Virus record (IMG/VR): IMGVR_UViG_3300003375_000020
Coordinates: 19,380-83,379 of that record
Direction: 5' to 3' (one strand)
Origin: a virus
Lineage: Duplodnaviria; Caudoviricetes
Length of the DNA stretch: 64,000 nt
Every line of letters begins with the position of its first letter. Position 1 is the stretch's first letter. This document shows positions 56,183 to 64,000 of the stretch, piece by piece. Position numbers and translations under genes: made by a program. Under the pieces are notes generated by a model that saw only the letters and a list, made by a program, of their open reading frames with translations, searched no databases and had not been told where the DNA came from.

Positions 56183-56216
56183 TTTTTTTATGTCAATATA
56201 GTGTCGTATATTTACC
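56183..56216 (+). promoter_or_regulatory. Putative strong early-type promoter
   Basis: TTTTTTTATGTCAATATAGTGTCGTATATTTAC. Confidence 0.7.
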
Positions 56217-56273
56217 CTGATCGAGCAAAATAGCAGCTCATATATACATTTTTTTAATATATAAATAAAAGTT

Positions 56274-57209
56274 ATGAATACATTACACACCACATTGACA
56301 GCTTTAGAAGCACAGTTAGAATCTCAAAAAGCAGATTGTATCGAATACGAAACCAACGTGTACGAAAAACAACTGAATACCTTACAAGAAAAAGTAACTA
56401 ATTTTTTTGTTAGTATTGGTATTGCTAAAAAAATTATTTTTAGTGGTACGAACATTAGAATTGCGATTAACGAAAATTCTAATTATAGCACTGCTAAGAT
56501 TGAATTGTACTACGAATTGCCGTGGAGACTTAAAAAAGAAAATCGTACAGGTTATGTTGAATTAAGTTGGTACGGATTCCGTACTAACACTTGTTGGTAC
56601 GAAAGTAGATGTAAATCTACCGAATCAGAACATATAGAATATCTTAAGTGCTTAGGTGAAATAGCTGCCTTGTTACCTACGATCGAAGCAGAGTGGCACA
56701 AGTGGTACGAAGAGTATAAAGAATATAGTAGCGCTAAACAAGTTTATTATTCTGCGATTGATACTACACAGCGCGTTATTTATGACACTCAAATGTTAAT
56801 CGCTAAAGGAGAAATAGAACAGTACAAAAAAGTTGGTTTTAAGTGCGAGCTTAAACCTAAAATCGAATGTAAGAGAGATTTTGATGTTGAACGTGGTACT
56901 TTTGGAGATTATAAATTATATGAAGAACCAGCATCAATAAGATTAGAGCACGGATATGGAAAATGGGATCATACATACATCGATTCTTTCGAAATTGTAA
57001 AAGAGTTGAAGAGAAGTAAAATGTTGGTTAGAATAAAACCTACTAATTACGCCACAGAAATGGAGTACGAATTAACACCTAAGTTCTTCGAACCTTTCAT
57101 TCAAGACGTGTACAATTGGCAGACTTCTGGCGCAGAAGAAAAATCTCTTAATACGTATAAATTTTTCGATAATCATGCCACAAAACAAGTAGCAGAAATT
57201 GCTGAATAA
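56274..57209 (+). CDS. Hypothetical early protein
   Basis: AAAAGTTATG start; 311 aa. Confidence 0.65.
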   Translation: MNTLHTTLTALEAQLESQKADCIEYETNVYEKQLNTLQEKVTNFFVSIGIAKKIIFSGTNIRIAINENSNYSTAKIELYYELPWRLKKENRTGYVELSWYGFRTNTCWYESRCKSTESEHIEYLKCLGEIAALLPTIEAEWHKWYEEYKEYSSAKQVYYSAIDTTQRVIYDTQMLIAKGEIEQYKKVGFKCELKPKIECKRDFDVERGTFGDYKLYEEPASIRLEHGYGKWDHTYIDSFEIVKELKRSKMLVRIKPTNYATEMEYELTPKFFEPFIQDVYNWQTSGAEEKSLNTYKFFDNHATKQVAEIAE

Positions 57210-57238
57210 TTTAATAATACTAAAATAAAATAAAAGTT

Positions 57239-58186
57239 ATGAATACGAAATTACACAAAGTTACTAATAAAGAATTGCTATTTAGATTCATTGAGAGTAA
57301 ACCAAATAAAAGAGTTACTTATTCAGAAATGCAAAAATTCTTATTCGAGCTCAATCGTCCAGGTGAAACATTCGATAGCTACCTAAATCGTGGATACCAG
57401 TCTACGAACTTGGTTCCTGGATCTGGATACATGTACAAAGACGTTGGTTACGGAAAATTAGTTAAGTTAGTGGACAATTATGGAAAAGCTACATATACAA
57501 TAGTAAGACCTCGTAGATACAAAGAAACGTACAAATTTAAAAACGAAAATAAAATAAATGTTATGAGCACAAATAAAAAATTTAAAGTAGGAGATACAGT
57601 AATTGGTAATTCAAAGGCGAATGATCACTATGAAGTTACAGTTGAAAATTGGTTAGGTACAATAATTAATATTAACAGTAATGGATATATTCAAATTAAA
57701 GGGACATACGGTGGACAATTTTGGGTAGATTCTGATTGTTTTGATTTAGTACCTAAAAGAAAAAAAGCGCAAGAAGTAGCTACTAAAGAACATTACGAAG
57801 TTGATGTTCCCTTTATTAAAGCAGCTCATAGTGCAGCTTGTTCTGAATGGAAGAAAAAATTGGAAGATAAATTTCCAGACGTGTTTCCTAAATTAACACC
57901 GATTGAATTAGCCTTAAAGAAATTTGGTAGAGATACTGTATACGCCGTTTTTTACAAAGTAATAGTGCACTATGATCATATATTCATTCCATTACCTAAT
58001 GCTAATACTGCGTGGACAATGAGTGCGTTTGAGTTTGCAAAAGAATTCATTGAGCAGAATCCAAATTCTTACATTATTCATAATGCTGTACGTACATTCG
58101 AATCATTGAAAAACTCTGATAAGTTTGATGAATCCAATCATGACAAAGAATTATACAATTATTTAGTTATCAACTTTAATGAATAG
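57239..58186 (+). CDS. Hypothetical multidomain early protein
   Basis: AAAAGTTATG start; FKVGDTV domain; internal possible start MSTNKK. Confidence 0.65.
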   Translation: MNTKLHKVTNKELLFRFIESKPNKRVTYSEMQKFLFELNRPGETFDSYLNRGYQSTNLVPGSGYMYKDVGYGKLVKLVDNYGKATYTIVRPRRYKETYKFKNENKINVMSTNKKFKVGDTVIGNSKANDHYEVTVENWLGTIININSNGYIQIKGTYGGQFWVDSDCFDLVPKRKKAQEVATKEHYEVDVPFIKAAHSAACSEWKKKLEDKFPDVFPKLTPIELALKKFGRDTVYAVFYKVIVHYDHIFIPLPNANTAWTMSAFEFAKEFIEQNPNSYIIHNAVRTFESLKNSDKFDESNHDKELYNYLVINFNE

Positions 58187-58227
58187 TGATTCTTATTAAA
58201 CAATATTAAAAACACTTAAATAGAAAT

Positions 58228-58890
58228 ATGAAGTTAAAACTAGAAAAAGGTCAAAAGTTGTGGTTCACTAGCGATACTCACTACAATCATTCTAACATTT
58301 GTAAAGCGACCACTGAGTGGACCAACGCAACTACTCTTAGAGATTTTGATAGTTTAGAGCGTATGAACCAAACTTTAGTTGATAATATCAATAAAGTAGT
58401 TGGTCAAAATGATATATTATTTCACTTAGGTGATTGGAGTTTCGGTGGATTTGAACAGATTGAAAAGTTTAGAAATAAGATTGTGTGTAAGAACGTTCAC
58501 ATTATTACCGGTAATCACGATCACCACATTGAAAGCAACAGAGAAGACTGTCGAATGCTATTTAGTTCTGTAAATAAGTACTTAGAACTAAGTGTTAAGT
58601 GGAATATTGGAATTCCTTTACTTAACGAACGATGTGAACAAAATTTTATATTAATGCATTTTCCTATTGCGAGCTGGAATAACATGTCAAGAGGATCAAT
58701 TCATTTACACGGTCACGTTCACTTAACTAAAAACCAACGTATAGGTAAAGGTAGAATGATGGACGTAGGAGTTGAAGGTAACGATTTTAGTCCCATCGAA
58801 TTAAGAGACGTGTTATCGTTATTACGTAAGCGTCCAATTAAATCTTTGTTAGAAGAAGATCATCACGAAATTATAGAACGGTATCAATAA
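58228..58890 (+). CDS. Calcineurin-like metallophosphoesterase
   Basis: SDTH, HLGD, GNHD, HGHVH. Confidence 0.92.
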   Translation: MKLKLEKGQKLWFTSDTHYNHSNICKATTEWTNATTLRDFDSLERMNQTLVDNINKVVGQNDILFHLGDWSFGGFEQIEKFRNKIVCKNVHIITGNHDHHIESNREDCRMLFSSVNKYLELSVKWNIGIPLLNERCEQNFILMHFPIASWNNMSRGSIHLHGHVHLTKNQRIGKGRMMDVGVEGNDFSPIELRDVLSLLRKRPIKSLLEEDHHEIIERYQ

Positions 58891-58891
58891 T

Positions 58892-59101
58892 ATGAAGTAC
58901 ATTTTTAGAGGTTACACAATATTTGAGTACGACAAAGAAAAGAAAACTGTTACACAAAGTAAAATCAGTGGAGTAATTCCTGCTTTCGATTTTTGTCACA
59001 TGATACCTGAAGACTACATGTTATTGGGAGAATTCTTTAATACAGTTTATCGTCACATACAAGGAGAACAAGTAGAATTAAAAAACATTGAAGTTAACTA
59101 A
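58892..59101 (+). CDS. Hypothetical protein
   Basis: Operon packing. Confidence 0.5.
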   Translation: MKYIFRGYTIFEYDKEKKTVTQSKISGVIPAFDFCHMIPEDYMLLGEFFNTVYRHIQGEQVELKNIEVN

Positions 59102-59115
59102 ATACAAAATAAATT

Positions 59116-59529
59116 ATGAGCAAAGTATTAGTATTATTAAGAGGACTTCCCGGATCAGGAAAAACATCATTCGCAAATTTTATATGGTCTAGCTACGCTG
59201 TTTGTGAAGCTGATAAATTTTTCTATGATAAAGAAAGTAATTACAATTTCGATGCTACTAAATTAAAAGAAGCCCATGAATGGTGCAGAAATGAAGTAGA
59301 AACAAGGATGCAAGACAATCAAAACAATCCTCAATATTATCCGGAAATTGTGGTATCTAATACGTTTACCCAAGAATGGGAAATGGAAGCTTATTTTGAT
59401 TTAGCAAAGAAGTACGATTATAGAGTAGTATCATTAATTGTAGAGAACAGACATGGAAATAGTAATATTCATGGAGTACCAGATGATGTATTAAATAAAA
59501 TGAGAAATAGATTTTCAATAAAATTATAA
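59116..59529 (+). CDS. P-loop kinase (polynucleotide kinase/AAA_33-like)
   Basis: LRGLPGSGKT, EAD.FF, VVSNTF, N.HGVP...L..MR.RF. Confidence 0.85.
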   Translation: MSKVLVLLRGLPGSGKTSFANFIWSSYAVCEADKFFYDKESNYNFDATKLKEAHEWCRNEVETRMQDNQNNPQYYPEIVVSNTFTQEWEMEAYFDLAKKYDYRVVSLIVENRHGNSNIHGVPDDVLNKMRNRFSIKL

Positions 59530-59532
59530 TCA

Positions 59533-60261
59533 ATGTCATTATTAATAGGAAGTACAGCAATTAAATATCATTTTCCAGATTTTCCAAGAGATCCAAAAGA
59601 TACTGATTATGCAGTAGACATTAAAGAGTGGTCAAAATCAAGTACAAAAAGTACAGAGTATTTACTAAATCCAATCATTGGTAATTTAGATGGTATTGCA
59701 AGTCCTGATACTTTGCTTACTCTAAAAATGAGTCACGCAATTGGATGGAATATTAATTGGGAAAAACATATTTTTGATATTCAATTCTTATTAAAAAAAG
59801 GAGCTAAATTAAATTTAGAATTGTTTAATGAATTGTACGCGTATTGGAATACCGTACACGAACCCAATAAACGTAGTGATCTTGATATGAGCGCGGAAGA
59901 ATTTTTTAACAACACGTTAAAAACTCCTCATGATTATTATCACACTCTTTTAAAAGAGATTCCTACATACACTAAAGTATTAAAGGACGATGCAGAAGTG
60001 GATGTAAGTGAAGACAAATTTAATGCATTAGATTTTGAAGAAAAGTGTGATCTTGTTAGAGAAGAAGTTATGGTAATGGCGTACGAAAGATATAAACACA
60101 AGAATTTTAGAGTAGCTTATTCAATCATGTTAAAAAAATTCATATTAAATCACGCACCGATTTGGGAAGCTTTATTTATAATCCAGAATTTTGTATATTT
60201 ACACAAACCAAATTTTAATTATTTTAAAAAAATAGAAAATGAATTACACAGAATTAAATAA
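59533..60261 (+). CDS. Nucleotidyltransferase-like phage protein
   Basis: LIGSTA.......R.PKDTDY matches the hG[GS]x9-13D-D signature. Confidence 0.55.
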   Translation: MSLLIGSTAIKYHFPDFPRDPKDTDYAVDIKEWSKSSTKSTEYLLNPIIGNLDGIASPDTLLTLKMSHAIGWNINWEKHIFDIQFLLKKGAKLNLELFNELYAYWNTVHEPNKRSDLDMSAEEFFNNTLKTPHDYYHTLLKEIPTYTKVLKDDAEVDVSEDKFNALDFEEKCDLVREEVMVMAYERYKHKNFRVAYSIMLKKFILNHAPIWEALFIIQNFVYLHKPNFNYFKKIENELHRIK

Positions 60262-60523
60262 AATCACAAAAGATCTAGAATTTTTTAGACGTAAATCTAA
60301 GATGGAACAAAAAATAGTTGTTCATGAAATTGATAGTGATGATGGAGGTTCTCAAGGAGAAGAAGGCATATATTACGAGGTATACGCAATACCTCAAATA
60401 GAAGATAATCTTTTTATCAAATTTGAAATAAGAACAGATTCCTACGGGAACAATAATCGAATGGTAGGATTTGAGTTTGTAAGACCAACAGAAAAAATAG
60501 TTAAAGTATTTGTATCAATTTAA
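60239..60523 (+). CDS. Hypothetical protein
   Basis: Operon packing; ends V.P.EK.V..F like the next gene. Confidence 0.55.
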   Translation: MNYTELNKITKDLEFFRRKSKMEQKIVVHEIDSDDGGSQGEEGIYYEVYAIPQIEDNLFIKFEIRTDSYGNNNRMVGFEFVRPTEKIVKVFVSI

Positions 60524-60542
60524 AAATAAAAAAATAAACGTT

Positions 60543-60839
60543 ATGAATTATCAAGAAATTTTAGAAGTACTAAAAAGTAAATTAGAACGCGTAGAATCTT
60601 TTGGTTATGAAGATTTTGATCAAAAAGAATTAGGATTGGGTTCAATAGATAACATAGCATCTCACGGTGGTGAAGATCAAGGTAGCGATTGGTGGGTTGT
60701 ATATCACTTTGAAGATCATGATGTATACATTAAAGTTGAAGGTTATTATAGTAGTTACCATGGTACAGATTTTGAAGATTGGGATGAAGCATGTTCAGAA
60801 GTAAAACCAAAAGAAAAAGTGGTTACTGTTTACGAATAG
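60543..60839 (+). CDS. Hypothetical protein
   Basis: GGEDQGSDW, GYYSSY.G, V.PKEK.VTVYE; start moved to the GTTATG-context ATG. Confidence 0.6.
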   Translation: MNYQEILEVLKSKLERVESFGYEDFDQKELGLGSIDNIASHGGEDQGSDWWVVYHFEDHDVYIKVEGYYSSYHGTDFEDWDEACSEVKPKEKVVTVYE

Positions 60840-60855
60840 TATAAATTATTAAGTT

Positions 60856-61071
60856 ATGACAATGCAAGTTACAGATACTATGGTTGAAATTTTAAAAGAT
60901 CAGTTCTTAGGTAAAAAAATATCATTGTTAGATTCTAAAGGAAAAAAATGGGTGGGAAAATGTGAATTCATTGGTCCCAACCCATTCATTCCAAGTTGGG
61001 GGTTACAAGTAACTATTGGAAGAATGCCTATTACTAATGTGCAAATTAAGTCAATTAAAATAGAAGACTAA
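60856..61071 (+). CDS. Hypothetical protein
   Basis: AAGTTATG start. Confidence 0.55.
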   Translation: MTMQVTDTMVEILKDQFLGKKISLLDSKGKKWVGKCEFIGPNPFIPSWGLQVTIGRMPITNVQIKSIKIED

Positions 61072-62231
61072 TGAAAAATGAAAATAGTGTTTGCTTTATC
61101 GGAGTTATTAAAGAAGTGATACAAATTCCAGGAGCAGATAATATAGAACAAGCATTCATAGGTGGATGGTCTTGTATAATTAAAAAAGGTTCAAGCACAA
61201 AAGGAGATCACGTTGTTGTTGCTACAACAGATGCAGTAATTCCTGAAGCTTTAGCTGAATCTTTAAATGTTACTAACTATCTACGTAAAGGTAATAGAGT
61301 ACGTACAGTTAAATTGAAAGGTGTATACAGTGAATGCTTGATCATGGATTTAGATAGCGTTCCTCAAATGAAAAAGCAATACGCTACAGGAATTGGTTAT
61401 TATTGGGACGAGGGAGAAGATCTAATGGAGTTATTAGGAATTTATAAATTTGAACCTCCAGTAAAAACAATTCAATTATCAGGTGGTAGAAAAATTAGGT
61501 ATTCTGATAACCCAAATTTTCACATTTATTATAAGTTTCCAAACATTAAAAATGTGGAAGGTATTTTTAAAGAGGACGAAGATGAGGTTGAAATTACCAG
61601 AAAGATTCACGGTACTAATGCTAGATATGGAATTGTAAAGAAAAAGAATCTATCATTTTGGGACAAGATTCTAAAATTTTTAGGATTCGCTGACAAATGG
61701 ATTGAGTACGAGTTTTGTGTTGGTTCTCATAATGTAGAAAAAGGATCTGATTCTCAAGGATTTTATGATACAAATGTATGGAGAGATATTGATGCTAATT
61801 ATCGAATTAAAAAAAGGTTGTGGGATTATGTAAAGCATGATCATACACCGTCTTCCATTGGTTCTGGTTTTGTATTATACGGTGAGATCTACGGAGCTGG
61901 GATACAACAAAATTATGATTATGGTTTAAATGGAATAATGTTTAAGGGATTCGATATAACTATTAATGGAAAATACCAATCTACAGAGGATACTCATTAC
62001 ATAATCTCTGAAGAATTGGGATTATCATACGTAGATATTTTATTTATAGGACCGTGGAGAAAATCAGTACAAGACTTTTACGCGATGAATCAATTCATTC
62101 CAAATACTAAAATTCCAGAGGAGGGTATAGTAATTAAACACCTGTCAGGCGGTAGAAGTAAAGTAGCAAAAGTAATTAACCCAGATTATCTCATCTATGC
62201 AGAAAAGAAAGACGTAGGAGATTCACACTAA
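61071..62231 (+). CDS. RNA ligase (Rnl2/DRB0094-like) with N-terminal OB domain
   Basis: IPGADNIE, R.RT.KL.G..S, KIHGTN (motif I), GEIYG, F..FDI, EEG.V.K, K.INP.YL. Confidence 0.9.
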   Translation: MKNENSVCFIGVIKEVIQIPGADNIEQAFIGGWSCIIKKGSSTKGDHVVVATTDAVIPEALAESLNVTNYLRKGNRVRTVKLKGVYSECLIMDLDSVPQMKKQYATGIGYYWDEGEDLMELLGIYKFEPPVKTIQLSGGRKIRYSDNPNFHIYYKFPNIKNVEGIFKEDEDEVEITRKIHGTNARYGIVKKKNLSFWDKILKFLGFADKWIEYEFCVGSHNVEKGSDSQGFYDTNVWRDIDANYRIKKRLWDYVKHDHTPSSIGSGFVLYGEIYGAGIQQNYDYGLNGIMFKGFDITINGKYQSTEDTHYIISEELGLSYVDILFIGPWRKSVQDFYAMNQFIPNTKIPEEGIVIKHLSGGRSKVAKVINPDYLIYAEKKDVGDSH

Positions 62232-62247
62232 AATGTAAAATGAAAGT

Positions 62248-62451
62248 ATGGCAAAGTGTAAAGTATGTCAAGAAGAAATTCACCCAAAACGCGTAGCTTT
62301 AGGATATAAAACAACATGTCCTAAACATTCAACAGCTGAAAAATACAGTGGAATCATATCCGCAACAGGAAAATCCGATTATGAATTAAACATAATTAAA
62401 GATCCTGAATTGGCAAGACAGTTGAAAGAGCTATCTCCAGTGTATGAGTAG
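62248..62451 (+). CDS. Small zinc-finger protein
   Basis: CKVC...R..LG...C..H. Confidence 0.6.
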   Translation: MAKCKVCQEEIHPKRVALGYKTTCPKHSTAEKYSGIISATGKSDYELNIIKDPELARQLKELSPVYE

Positions 62452-62477
62452 CATATTTATAGATAGAATAAATCAAT

Positions 62478-62948
62478 ATGAATTACATTAGTCCAATAGC
62501 GTACGCGAATACTCTAAATACTTTTAGAGGAAATTATACCAATTTACAAGAATCAGAAGACGAAATCTGTCCTGATAATACTCATCATGAGTGGAAGAAA
62601 ATTGGCAAAGAAAAAGCCAAGTGCGCCCATTGTGGTATGACCAAAGCAATAGCTTATGGATACGATCCAGAGCAATCATTTAAATCAGGTGAAGGTAATA
62701 AAATGAGAGAGGGTAGAATGAGTGAATCAAGAATGGAAATAGAGAGACTAAAACAAGGACTTTCTCCTGATGATGCTGAACAATTAGAAGAGTATTTGGA
62801 CGCAATGGTTGAGATTAAAAAATCTATAAAGGAATTACTATTAAAAGGATCAAAAGCGCCTGAAGAGCATGAAATGGGAATGGATGAAGTTGGTGGAGAT
62901 ATGATGCATAAGTATATGAATGAGACCAAAAAGAAAAAGAAAAAATAA
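62478..62948 (+). CDS. Hypothetical protein
   Basis: CATATTTAT upstream. Confidence 0.55.
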   Translation: MNYISPIAYANTLNTFRGNYTNLQESEDEICPDNTHHEWKKIGKEKAKCAHCGMTKAIAYGYDPEQSFKSGEGNKMREGRMSESRMEIERLKQGLSPDDAEQLEEYLDAMVEIKKSIKELLLKGSKAPEEHEMGMDEVGGDMMHKYMNETKKKKKK

Positions 62949-62968
62949 TCAAATAAAAGAATTAAATT

Positions 62969-62991
62969 TGGCCTCCAACGAGGCCATTTTT
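62969..62991 (+). terminator. Intrinsic terminator
   Basis: TGGCCTC-CAAC-GAGGCCA-TTTTT. Confidence 0.8.
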
Positions 62992-63005
62992 ATGTAACAA
63001 AAATC

Positions 63006-63347
63006 ATGAAAATAGCACTAGCAATTTTATATTCTTTTATTGGTCAAGTAATATCTTTTGTGGCACTTCAAGGATCCACTAGATACGAATTTGTAAAAAA
63101 TAATCAATGGTTAGCATGGTTATCAGGAATGATAAGTACAATGTTATTCATGAAAAGCGTCGGTTATTTTGTAGAGTATTATAACGGTCAAGTGTGGCCA
63201 TCAAGAATATTTGGATTCGTCATTGGTTTAGTCGTATTTTCTTTGATGAGTTACTTCTTATTCAACGAGAAAATATCTTTAAAAACGGCAATTTGTTTAG
63301 GACTGTGTATAGTAATTACACTAGTTCAGTTATTATGGAAAAATTAA
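63006..63347 (+). CDS. Four-helix membrane protein (SMR/EamA-like)
   Basis: Four hydrophobic segments; LFNEKISLK. Confidence 0.6.
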   Translation: MKIALAILYSFIGQVISFVALQGSTRYEFVKNNQWLAWLSGMISTMLFMKSVGYFVEYYNGQVWPSRIFGFVIGLVVFSLMSYFLFNEKISLKTAICLGLCIVITLVQLLWKN

Positions 63348-63351
63348 GATT

Positions 63352-64000
63352 ATGAAAACAGTAATTATCTCTGACGTACACGGTAGATCTGTATGGAAAT
63401 TAATCACTCACATGGAAAATGCAGATAGAGTTATTTTCTTAGGTGATTATTTTGATTCATACGAAATTTCAGCAGCCGAACAAATATACAATTTTCAAGA
63501 GATTATTGATTTTAAAGAAACTTCGTTTACAAATTCAGGAAAATCTGATCAACATAAAACGAAAGTTATCTTATTAATCGGTAATCATGATTATGGGTAT
63601 TTTAGTGGAATCGATGGCACTAAAACTTCAGGTTATCAAATTAACTTAGCTCCAAGCATTAATATTGTATTAGAAGAGAATAAGCATCACATGCAAATGG
63701 CTTATCAATTTGATAAGTTCTTATTCACACACGCAGGTGTCAGTGAAGTGTTTATGAACGACATATTTGGAATAAATGAATGGAAGATTGAGAATCTTGT
63801 ATCAGATCTTAACGATTTGTTTAAGTACAAACCCCAATCATTTATGTTTAATACGGCAGACAGGATGGGTTTTGGAGATTATGAACATCAATCACCAATT
63901 TGGATTAGACCAAGAAGTTTAATGAAAGCTGGTAAATTGGACAGAGAATTAAAGAAGCATGTTATTCAAATTGTTGGACATACAAAACAAGACCAAATAG
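63352..64000 (+). CDS. Second metallophosphoesterase (3' truncated by window edge)
   Basis: SDVHG, FLGDYFD, GNHD, FTHAG, VGHT. Confidence 0.88.
   Translation, partial: MKTVIISDVHGRSVWKLITHMENADRVIFLGDYFDSYEISAAEQIYNFQEIIDFKETSFTNSGKSDQHKTKVILLIGNHDYGYFSGIDGTKTSGYQINLAPSINIVLEENKHHMQMAYQFDKFLFTHAGVSEVFMNDIFGINEWKIENLVSDLNDLFKYKPQSFMFNTADRMGFGDYEHQSPIWIRPRSLMKAGKLDRELKKHVIQIVGHTKQDQI

Noticed and set aside
224-62929. All minus-strand ORFs and nested plus-strand ORFs in the track (e.g. 2150-2338, 5993-6310, 15079-15576, 34472-34780)
   Set aside because: They are antisense or out-of-frame shadows of well-supported genes, with no motifs or start context
1-64000. Stop-codon reassignment
   Set aside because: Genes are intact in code 11, TAG and TGA terminate real genes, and there is no suppressor tRNA

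Overview
A 64-kb, strongly AT-rich segment of a large lytic dsDNA (jumbo-type) phage, most likely infecting Bacteroidota: genes lack Shine-Dalgarno sites, many starts sit in an A-rich 'AAAGTTATG' context, and promoters resemble the TAnnTTTG-type -7 box. All credible genes are on the + strand and use the standard code. In order, the window holds: the end of class Ia RNR alpha; family A DNA polymerase; a chaperone block (sHSP, GroES, GroEL); a nucleotide-modification block (SGNH-like protein, PLP enzyme, DUF6378-like, ClpP, MazG, dCMP deaminase, T4 gp42-like dCMP hydroxymethylase); tmRNA; a 5.9-kb array of 26 tRNA genes covering all 20 amino acids plus one oversized tRNA-like RNA; a 16-kb glycan biosynthesis cluster; and an early-type region with a hammerhead ribozyme and RNA-repair enzymes. 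The top finding is a putative attenuator in front of the tRNA array. It consists of a 47-codon leader peptide that samples all 20 amino acids within 35 codons and has a codon for every isoacceptor in the array, a 10-bp antiterminator helix, and an overlapping intrinsic terminator. This looks like a general tRNA-depletion sensor that switches on phage tRNA supply. All family assignments come from motif recognition by eye; no database searches or folding programs were run.
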